The notes under the pieces were generated by a model. It searched no databases. It was not told the DNA's origin and saw only the letters and a program-made list of their open reading frames with translations. DNA of 27,020 bases, from IMG/VR virus record IMGVR_UViG_3300026123_000024, positions 1-27,020 of that record, one strand, 5' to 3'. A program made the position numbers and the translations under genes. The stretch comes from a virus. Lineage: Duplodnaviria; Caudoviricetes. Of this stretch, positions 1-6,452 are shown in pieces. Position 1 is the first letter of the stretch, and each line of letters begins with the position of its first letter.

Positions 1-31
1 ATAATGCATACATAGAAACTAGGAGATTGAT

Positions 32-214
32 ATGCAAGTTATTGAAGAAGTAGAGCACGAAGATGGTTCGGCTACCTACACAATTGATATGACTGAGGAA
101 GAGCGTAAGGCTGTAATGGAGCAAGGCCTATTATGGATGGTCGTTGCTGGTATTACTGAAGTTACCCCTACTGCAGTACTAGAAGCGTACATGCAGGAGA
201 AAGATAATGGATAA
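32..214 (+). CDS. Small acidic hypothetical phage protein (60 aa)
   Basis: AGGAGA RBS at ~21-26; 8-bp ATGGATAA overlap with the next gene. Confidence 0.75.
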   Translation: MQVIEEVEHEDGSATYTIDMTEEERKAVMEQGLLWMVVAGITEVTPTAVLEAYMQEKDNG

Positions 215-428
215 TAACCAAACTATAATTGACTGGAAAGCAATAGAGAGTACTGCTCCTGGCAGCGTTATTGAAATACCAGAATACTCAGAATGGGTTT
301 GTTACCTATTTGGAGGTAAACCGGATAACGGCATTATATGGCGACCACTAAAAGGAGAACATCCTAATTGGTTCTGGCGTAAGATGCAGTATTTTTGTTT
401 TGGTAATAAGTGGGTAAAAGATGAGTAA
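207..428 (+). CDS. Hypothetical Trp-rich phage protein (73 aa)
   Basis: CAGGAG RBS; 8-bp overlaps with both neighbours. Confidence 0.75.
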   Translation: MDNNQTIIDWKAIESTAPGSVIEIPEYSEWVCYLFGGKPDNGIIWRPLKGEHPNWFWRKMQYFCFGNKWVKDE

Positions 429-603
429 CTTAGTTAGATTTGTAAGAGTAGATGGTAATTTTAGAGATACTGTTTATATCAACCCTGATCGTGTTGCATA
501 CATAAAAGAGGGGAACTACCCCACCATATACCTGGATGCCGGTTACTTCATGAAGGTAGAAGGAAGTATAAAAGAAATAACAGATAAACTAGTAGGTAAC
601 TAA
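421..603 (+). CDS. Small protein resembling the FlbD/SwrD family (60 aa)
   Basis: Pattern VRFVRVDG..VYINPDRVAYIKE..TIYL..G..MKVEGSIKEITDKL resembles the FlbD-family consensus (IxLTRLNG..xLNPDxIExIE..TxIxL.NG..xVxESxEEV). Recognised by eye only. Confidence 0.5.
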   Translation: MSNLVRFVRVDGNFRDTVYINPDRVAYIKEGNYPTIYLDAGYFMKVEGSIKEITDKLVGN

Positions 604-604
604 G

Positions 605-991
605 ATGAGTGTATCGTACTCTACTAACTGGATGGGTCCTGTATCTATGCAATGGTACAAAGATCGTGGACTTACTGTTGGTATCTGCGAGAAACTAGGG
701 GAAGACAGAGTGTTCTTTCCGAAAGGTTACAAAGCAGGTGATTGGTGGGAATACGATCAGATTACTACTAATTACTGTGCTGGTCGTATTGACATCCGCG
801 ATAGTAGTAAAAACGGGTACGACGGATGGGATGAATACAGCCTAGCTCCTATGCATTGCGAAGATTGGAATGCGCTCAGGGACTTTCTCTGGGATTTGCA
901 TGGCGAGACTGTAATACCGTACGATTCTTTGATCATGTTGTTTGAGGCGTGGTACGGCAAGAAGATTAGATGGTGGATTGATGAAGAGTAA
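605..991 (+). CDS. Hypothetical phage protein, Trp/Asp-rich (128 aa)
   Basis: Starts 1 nt after the upstream stop; AGGT RBS; fits the tightly packed cluster. Confidence 0.75.
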   Translation: MSVSYSTNWMGPVSMQWYKDRGLTVGICEKLGEDRVFFPKGYKAGDWWEYDQITTNYCAGRIDIRDSSKNGYDGWDEYSLAPMHCEDWNALRDFLWDLHGETVIPYDSLIMLFEAWYGKKIRWWIDEE

Positions 992-1163
992 ACTATACTG
1001 GCAGCTCCGTAAGGCTATGACCTACAAGAGCATGAAGATGGGCTCTATTGTTACTAGCTTCCGTCCTCACAAGTATGCACCGATTAAAATGCGTACTTAC
1101 CCGTGTAACAAATGGGGGGCGGGGTACTGGAGAAACAAACCTAGGAGATCAGTACTTGACTAA
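981..1163 (+). CDS. Small, highly basic hypothetical protein (60 aa; start moved to ATG 981)
   Basis: GGTGG RBS-like sequence before ATG 981; overlaps the upstream stop; K/R-rich. Confidence 0.6.
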   Translation: MKSKLYWQLRKAMTYKSMKMGSIVTSFRPHKYAPIKMRTYPCNKWGAGYWRNKPRRSVLD

Positions 1164-1335
1164 GAGATATGAAGTTGCAGACGTCAGATTCAATAGTGGT
1201 ATGGGCGCTGTCTTATGTGATGTATGTGGCATTATCATTAAGACTGGGTTTGACCATGAAGACAAACAGCATGTGTGTCCAAGTTGCGCACTGGATGAGT
1301 TAGCAAGGCTGACACAGGAAATGGGATTAGAATGA
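1156..1335 (+). CDS. Small zinc-ribbon protein (59 aa; TTG start 1156)
   Basis: AGGAG at 1143-1147; TTGACTAA 8-bp overlap like its neighbours; CDVC...CPSC cysteine pairs. Confidence 0.7.
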   Translation: MTKRYEVADVRFNSGMGAVLCDVCGIIIKTGFDHEDKQHVCPSCALDELARLTQEMGLE

Positions 1336-1547
1336 TTGCACACTTACCCAGTCATTGGGTTGCCGGTATCTGTAAAGAGGAAGAGTGGGTTGGAGAGTTC
1401 TACGCAACTTCAGAAGAACTGCTAGTGTGGTGTGAGGATGAGCATCAAGACGAGCCAGTAGTGCAACTAGTGTTAGACTTATGCGAGTCACAACTAGTGT
1501 ACGAAGAATGGTGGAACAAAGTAAGGAGGAGACACAATGATGGCTAA
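1332..1547 (+). CDS. Small acidic hypothetical protein (71 aa)
   Basis: ATGA overlap with the upstream gene; E/D/W-rich. Confidence 0.65.
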   Translation: MIAHLPSHWVAGICKEEEWVGEFYATSEELLVWCEDEHQDEPVVQLVLDLCESQLVYEEWWNKVRRRHNDG

Positions 1548-2262
1548 TACGTTCTATACAATACACCCTTTGGCTAATATAGTAGCCATGGCAGGTGAAC
1601 GAGAGCAGGCAGCTCTTACACAAGACATTATGCAGAACGGGCAGACAGAGCCGGCTGTGTTGTGGAGAGGGCAGATTGTGGATGGGCGTTGCAGGCAGCT
1701 TGCGTGTGCTACGTTAGATATCCCCTTAGTTACCCGTACTCTTGAGGATAGTCTGACAGAAGATGAGGTAGCTGTTGTTGTTAAGAGCCTTAATACCCGC
1801 CGTAACTTGACAGATACCCAGAAGATAGCTAGTGCTTACCTAGACCAAAAGCGTACTGGCAAATGTAATAAACAGATTGCGCAAGAGTGGGCGGTTAGTG
1901 TGCGTACCTTGCAAAACTTTAAATACATTGCGCAGCACAGGGAAGAATTAGTAGAGCCGTTATTTAACGGAGACAGTGTTAAAGTTATTGATCCTGAACA
2001 AGGTTACGTGGTAACAACTAATAAGGTAAACACCTTAGCTAGGATTGTAAAACTAGGGGAAGAGAAAGGTAAGGTGGAGATTGTGAAGCCTACTGAGCTA
2101 GAGTCTGTTCAATATAATGTTGCTGGTGTAATTGCTACAGAAGCAGGTAGATCAGAGCACAGGGATCTTGTAAAAGCGTTTAAACACAGTAATAGCAAAG
2201 AACAAATGTTTAGTGCTGTGCTGGCTGAGCTCATGAATTACAAATATCAGGTAAAAGAATGA
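1537..2262 (+). CDS. ParB/Srx N-terminal-domain protein with a probable downstream HTH (241 aa)
   Basis: Strong AAGGAGG RBS; IHPLAN..L..DI..NGQ.EP..L..GQIVDGRCR..AC..L motif and SLNTRRNLTDTQK typical of phage ParB-like proteins; KQIAQEWAVSVRTL is HTH-like. Confidence 0.8.
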   Translation: MMANTFYTIHPLANIVAMAGEREQAALTQDIMQNGQTEPAVLWRGQIVDGRCRQLACATLDIPLVTRTLEDSLTEDEVAVVVKSLNTRRNLTDTQKIASAYLDQKRTGKCNKQIAQEWAVSVRTLQNFKYIAQHREELVEPLFNGDSVKVIDPEQGYVVTTNKVNTLARIVKLGEEKGKVEIVKPTELESVQYNVAGVIATEAGRSEHRDLVKAFKHSNSKEQMFSAVLAELMNYKYQVKE

Positions 2263-2474
2263 GAGATATAGACAATGCACGTGAAGCAATTATAAGTTGT
2301 AAAGATATATACCTGCAGTCCCCCAGTAAATTTGAAAGTGAGTATTCTTGGGGAATTTGTAATGGACTAGAACTGGCACTATCTTTGTTAGAAGACAGGC
2401 CAAGTTTTTTTGTAGACGAAAATAAAAAACATAGTCCTATTGATATAGAAAATTTTCCAGAGTATTTCCTTTAG
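2259..2474 (+). CDS. Hypothetical phage protein (71 aa)
   Basis: ATGA overlap; YSWGICNGLELALSLLEDR motif seen in small phage proteins. Confidence 0.7.
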   Translation: MRDIDNAREAIISCKDIYLQSPSKFESEYSWGICNGLELALSLLEDRPSFFVDENKKHSPIDIENFPEYFL

Positions 2475-2485
2475 TAATATCAGTA

Positions 2486-2494
2486 TGTTATACT
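2486..2494 (+). promoter_or_regulatory. Extended -10 element TGTTATACT
   Basis: TGn-TATACT in the first real intergenic gap; no good -35. Confidence 0.45.
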
Positions 2495-2529
2495 CGAAAG
2501 TGTTTTATTAACCTTTTGAGCCTAACGCA

Positions 2530-2676
2530 ATGGAAGAATTAGAAGAAAAACTGCGCAAACAACACAGCAATCTCACATATGAGGAGATTATGGATTTATT
2601 AGAGGAAGAATTGTACGATAGTTTTGATAGTCCGTACAAGCCTTTAAACTTCCACGATGAAGATGAAGATTTCTAA
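2530..2676 (+). CDS. Small, very acidic protein (48 aa; absent from the ORF track)
   Basis: Hand translation: MEELEEKLRKQHSNLTYEEIMDLLEEELYDSFDSPYKPLNFHDEDEDF*. It fills the gap after the putative promoter and overlaps the next gene; the RBS is weak. Confidence 0.6.
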   Translation: MEELEEKLRKQHSNLTYEEIMDLLEEELYDSFDSPYKPLNFHDEDEDF

Positions 2677-3058
2677 GGATGGTCTTAGTCTAGAAGAAGA
2701 TGTAGGTATACTATATATAGTTTATTTTGAACTAGAAGGTAAACAGCTAGTTAAAATAGGCGTTACTACTAGAGCCATAGAAGATCGAGTATCCGAAATA
2801 CTTGTTAGTATATTTAAGAAGTATAGGGAATTTCCATATTGCAGACCTAAAAGGTTTCGCAAGACGGGAAACGTGTATGAAAAAGAGGCGCAACTGCACC
2901 AGTATTTTAAGCAACATAACTATGAACTGAAAAATAAGTTTAGCGGTTCTACTGAGTTTTTTGATGTGCCATTAGAAGAAGTAGTTGAGGTATACGAACA
3001 ACTGCTGAAAGGAAAGGCAATAGATGAGAGTAGACAAGAGCAAGATTCGGACTCCTGA
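2657..3058 (+). CDS. T5orf172/MUG113-like (GIY-YIG superfamily) protein
   Basis: GILYIV...VKIGVT..IEDRV..., E.QLHQYF, and FSGSTEFF motifs characteristic of the family. Confidence 0.8.
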   Translation: MKMKISKDGLSLEEDVGILYIVYFELEGKQLVKIGVTTRAIEDRVSEILVSIFKKYREFPYCRPKRFRKTGNVYEKEAQLHQYFKQHNYELKNKFSGSTEFFDVPLEEVVEVYEQLLKGKAIDESRQEQDSDS

Positions 3059-3233
3059 TGAAGAGTATGAATACCTGTGGAATGAGTGGCAATCCGGTGG
3101 TGATTTCTTTGCTTGGGACGTACACCCCAATGTAGTGCGCGCTTTAGAGATAAAAAAGAAAAGAATTTGGAAAAAGATTAAAATACTGGTTGACTCAGCA
3201 GAGTTTCAGGAATATAATCCATGGTACAAATAG
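3024..3233 (+). CDS. Hypothetical protein (69 aa); its 3' end contains a promoter
   Basis: AAAGG RBS; overlaps the upstream gene. Confidence 0.65.
   Translation: MRVDKSKIRTPDEEYEYLWNEWQSGGDFFAWDVHPNVVRALEIKKKRIWKKIKILVDSAEFQEYNPWYK
3190..3218 (+). promoter_or_regulatory. sigma70-type promoter TTGACT-N17-TATAAT
   Basis: -35 at 3190-3195, -10 at 3213-3218, exact 17-bp spacer. Confidence 0.8.
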
Positions 3234-3346
3234 AGTTACTCCTTTGTTTGTTTGATAAGATAAAGTTCATTGTGTTGCTCCCTCCTCAATAATAATAACT
3301 ACTCTCTCCTTGTGTTACCGGCCCCTTGCTTAGGGGCCATTTTTTT
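3225..3346 (+). ncRNA. Candidate ~120-nt small RNA with three anti-Shine-Dalgarno motifs
   Basis: Bounded by a near-consensus promoter and an intrinsic terminator; contains CTCCTTT (3239-3245), CTCCCTCCTC (3278-3287) and CTCTCTCCTT (3302-3311); no credible + strand ORF. Confidence 0.6.
3320..3346 (+). terminator. Rho-independent terminator
   Basis: GGCCCCT-tgctt-AGGGGCC 7-bp stem followed by A and T7. Confidence 0.85.
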
Positions 3347-3354
3347 GGTATACT
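3326..3354 (+). promoter_or_regulatory. Promoter for the terminase genes, overlapping the terminator
   Basis: TTGCTT (3326-3331)-N17-TATACT (3349-3354) with the extended TG at 3346-3347. Confidence 0.6.
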
Positions 3355-3395
3355 CGCAAAATAACCTACATGACTTTACAGATAAAAGGTATACC

Positions 3396-4118
3396 ATGGG
3401 ACAATTGTTAACAATTGATGATGTAAAACAGGCAATGCCTAGAAAAAAGAACTACATCACTCAAGAAGCTGTTGATATTATCAACCAATCTATGAACGAT
3501 CCTGAATTTCAGGGTGAATCGTTAATACAAACTGCTGCAACCTACGAAGCAGTACTACGTGGCGCACGAGCATCGGTACCAGAATACCTAAATGCCATTA
3601 GATTTTGCGCATATATGACCACAAATGACTCAAATTACACAGAAGCTTACAAAAAAGTGTTTGCCGACCGTGATTTTGTCAAAGAACGTGTCAATTTACC
3701 GACAGATCACCCAAAATACGGCGAATTAACTAGTGCAGCGTCAAGATATCGACGCACAAAACTAGTAACAGACATTCTTACGGCCAGTCAAGTACCTCTT
3801 GACCTGATTTTTACAGGCCATAGGTACAAAGCTATCGGTGTTTTGGCGGATATTATGGAATCTGGTAAGTATGACCGTGATCGTATTAATGCTGCTAAAG
3901 AATTATTGGCTGCTACCAAAGGTCCAGATAATATGAAGATTGAATTGGACGTTGGTGTAAGCGAATCTAGCGCCGTACAGCAGCTTAACGATCAGTTGGC
4001 AGAGATAGCTGGGCGCTCTCTTAAACACCTTCAGGCAGGCGCTACGAGCCTTAACGAGCTTGGCGCGTTAAAGGTTAAAGACGATGATATCATTGAAGGA
4101 GAGTACACTAATGGCTAA
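3396..4118 (+). CDS. N4 gp69-like protein, probable terminase small subunit (240 aa; start moved to ATG 3396)
   Basis: AAAGGT RBS; directly upstream of and overlapping TerL; motifs (ITQEAVDIIN, EYLNAIRF..Y, EAYKKVF, KLVTDIL..SQVP, YKAI.VLADIM, RINAAKELL) match my recollection of N4-like gp69. Confidence 0.75.
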   Translation: MGQLLTIDDVKQAMPRKKNYITQEAVDIINQSMNDPEFQGESLIQTAATYEAVLRGARASVPEYLNAIRFCAYMTTNDSNYTEAYKKVFADRDFVKERVNLPTDHPKYGELTSAASRYRRTKLVTDILTASQVPLDLIFTGHRYKAIGVLADIMESGKYDRDRINAAKELLAATKGPDNMKIELDVGVSESSAVQQLNDQLAEIAGRSLKHLQAGATSLNELGALKVKDDDIIEGEYTNG

Positions 4119-5676
4119 TACTTATGTTCCTACCGAAGAAGCAGTAAAGTTTATTGCTTTTATTCGTGCAGCTAACGTAGAAGATAATGCTAACGCCGAG
4201 ATACATTATAGACTAGCAGACAAATACTTTGGTACAGATAAACAAGTATTAATAGAAGCTTTTCGTGGTAGCGCAAAATCTACTATGATGGAGTGGCTTG
4301 TATTATATATTGCAGCTATGGGCAAGCTACATAACTTTGGGAAAGTACAGTTTATAGCGTTTATCGGGGATAGTATGGAAAATGGTACAAAAAACTTTTT
4401 CCGTAACGTAGCTGGTAAGATTGATAGGTCAGATCTGCTTAAACAACTAATTACTATTAAACGTAAAACAGATTCTGAAATGGAACTAGTCAACGCAGAT
4501 GGTGTTGAATTAAACATGAAAGGGTATGGTGCAAGCACCAACATTCGTGGTGTTCGTTACAAAGGGTCTCGTCCTGATATTGTAATTCTTGATGATATTA
4601 CAACTAACGATGCTATTAACTCTGAAACTATACAGAATACTATCAATGACAACTTCTACAAATCCGTTATCCCTGCTTTACACCCCACTAGATATAAGAT
4701 CTTCTTTATTGGTACCCCAATTTCAGAACGAGATATTATTCATCAGCTTAGTGATAACCCTAAATGGGTAGTACATAAATTTCCTATTGCAGAAAAATTT
4801 CCTTGTGATGAGCAAGAATTTATAGGCAACTGGGTTGACCGTTTTCCGTATGAAGCAGTACAAGAAAAGTACGAGATGTACAAAGCTGCAGGTAAAGCTC
4901 AAGACTTTTTCCAAGAATTTATGTTGGAAATTACGGACTTAACTACACTTCTTGTAGAAGAAGAAGATATACAATGGTTTGATCCTTCTATTATTAGAAA
5001 AAATAAAGAAAATTATAACTTTTATATTTCTACAGACTTTGCTACTAGTACTAAAAAGTCTGCTGACTTTTCTACTATTGGTGTATGGGCAGTATCTAGC
5101 AATAACGATTGGCTGTTAGTAGATGGTCAATGTCTTCGTCAAACAATGCAGGAAAATATTGATGATTTATTCAGATATGTTAAGAAATGGGCACCTCTTA
5201 GTGTCGGTATCGAGAGTTCTGGGCAACAGGGCGGTTTTATTTCTATTATGCAAGAAATGATGATGAAACGTAATATGTGGTTTACGTTTGCAAAAAAACC
5301 AGGTAGTAAAGACGTAGGAATACGCCCAGTAAAAGATAAAGTCCACAGGTTTGTTACAGGTGTACAACCAAAATTTAAACAAAACAAAATATGGTTACCT
5401 AAACCAGAGTTAGCAGCGTTATCTTCCCCAAGACTTGTAACATTAGTAGAAGAAATGGTACATGAGCTTAGTAGATTTACCTTAGCAGGTGGTATTAAAT
5501 CTTTAGCCCACGATGATGCTATTGACTTACTTAACCAGCTATCAGAAATGGATATCTACACACCTTCTTCGTCGTCTGATCTAACAAGTAGCATCATAAC
5601 AGAAGATGGCCTAGTTTGGGAGTCTATATGGGACGGTGAGGAAGAAGATTACCATATAAATAGCACAGTGTTCTAA
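4111..5676 (+). CDS. terL: Terminase large subunit (N4 gp68-like; start ATG 4111)
   Basis: Walker A AFRGSAKST, Walker B IVILDD, FIGTP coupling motif, nuclease residues ISTDFAT and HDDAID; GAAGGAG RBS. Confidence 0.95.
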   Translation: MANTYVPTEEAVKFIAFIRAANVEDNANAEIHYRLADKYFGTDKQVLIEAFRGSAKSTMMEWLVLYIAAMGKLHNFGKVQFIAFIGDSMENGTKNFFRNVAGKIDRSDLLKQLITIKRKTDSEMELVNADGVELNMKGYGASTNIRGVRYKGSRPDIVILDDITTNDAINSETIQNTINDNFYKSVIPALHPTRYKIFFIGTPISERDIIHQLSDNPKWVVHKFPIAEKFPCDEQEFIGNWVDRFPYEAVQEKYEMYKAAGKAQDFFQEFMLEITDLTTLLVEEEDIQWFDPSIIRKNKENYNFYISTDFATSTKKSADFSTIGVWAVSSNNDWLLVDGQCLRQTMQENIDDLFRYVKKWAPLSVGIESSGQQGGFISIMQEMMMKRNMWFTFAKKPGSKDVGIRPVKDKVHRFVTGVQPKFKQNKIWLPKPELAALSSPRLVTLVEEMVHELSRFTLAGGIKSLAHDDAIDLLNQLSEMDIYTPSSSSDLTSSIITEDGLVWESIWDGEEEDYHINSTVF

Positions 5677-5683
5677 GTATTTA

Positions 5684-5692
5684 TGGTATAAT
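5684..5692 (+). promoter_or_regulatory. Extended -10 TGGTATAAT
   Basis: Perfect TGn-TATAAT just after the terL stop. Confidence 0.5.
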
Positions 5693-5729
5693 GGGTGCTG
5701 CCTAAAGTATTGAAATAAAGTAAACATTA

Positions 5730-5758
5730 TTGACTTTGGGCAGTAGGCATTATATAAT
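5730..5758 (+). promoter_or_regulatory. sigma70-type promoter TTGACT-N17-TATAAT for the adaptor/tail genes
   Basis: -35 at 5730-5735, -10 at 5753-5758; the same hexamers as the 3190 promoter. Confidence 0.75.
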
Positions 5759-5834
5759 TACGCCAATATACCTGCATTAAATAGTAGCACCTTTTGCCAG
5801 ACTACTAATCTTAGCTAACTTACAGGAACTAATA

Positions 5835-6452
5835 ATGAAAGTACAAGATGTGGTAGACGCTGCGCGTTACAGTGAGTTGGCATCTGTCGCTACCAAAGAT
5901 AATACTGATGCAATTTTATCATTCTTAAACTTAGGAATGTTAGAGTTATACAAACGTTTCCCTCTAAACACTCAAGAACATATTGTAGAACTTGTTGAAG
6001 GTACTACTTTATACGACTTACCTGAAAACTTTATGTACGCTTTAAGCGCATATGGAGAACCTTTAGAAGCTTCTATGGGTGAGGTAGTTGATGTACCTAT
6101 TAACGATGAAGACGAACCTTATAGTATATTTTTCCCTAACCATAAACAAGTGCAAATTCCTCTTGTAGCAAATGGGGCTTACATTTCTATAATTTACATT
6201 GCTAAACCCGCATCATACACAGCTGCAGATTTGCAAGAAGAACTTGATTTACCAGAAACTTTAATTGATTGTTTACTACACTACGTAGGGTATAAAGCAC
6301 ACCTAGGTATTAGAGGTGATGGGCAATCTGAAAATAATGCACATTTTGCACGTTTTGAGCGCAGTTGTCAAAAAGCTAGGGAGCTAGGTGTAGCACACCC
6401 AATCGACTCTTGGCGTATGATTGACAGACTAAATGACAGAGGATTTGCCTAA
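5835..6452 (+). CDS. N4 gp67-like virion head-tail adaptor protein (205 aa)
   Basis: Position after terL; ILSFLNLGMLELYKRFPL, VELVEGTTLYDL, QEELDLPETLIDCLLHYVGY and terminal RLNDRGFA match my recollection of gp67. Confidence 0.8.
   Translation: MKVQDVVDAARYSELASVATKDNTDAILSFLNLGMLELYKRFPLNTQEHIVELVEGTTLYDLPENFMYALSAYGEPLEASMGEVVDVPINDEDEPYSIFFPNHKQVQIPLVANGAYISIIYIAKPASYTAADLQEELDLPETLIDCLLHYVGYKAHLGIRGDGQSENNAHFARFERSCQKARELGVAHPIDSWRMIDRLNDRGFA

Noticed and set aside
3178-3270. Minus-strand 30-aa ORF (MNFILSNKQRSNSICTMDYIPETLLSQPVF) with a GAGGAGGGAG RBS
   Set aside because: It explains only one of the three CUCCU motifs, no minus-strand promoter is evident, and the promoter and terminator point +. 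Not fully excluded; it is the main alternative to the sRNA model.
3270-3395. N-terminal extension of the ORF-track call 3270..4118
   Set aside because: It runs through a terminator and has no RBS; ATG 3396 has an RBS and matches the expected protein start.
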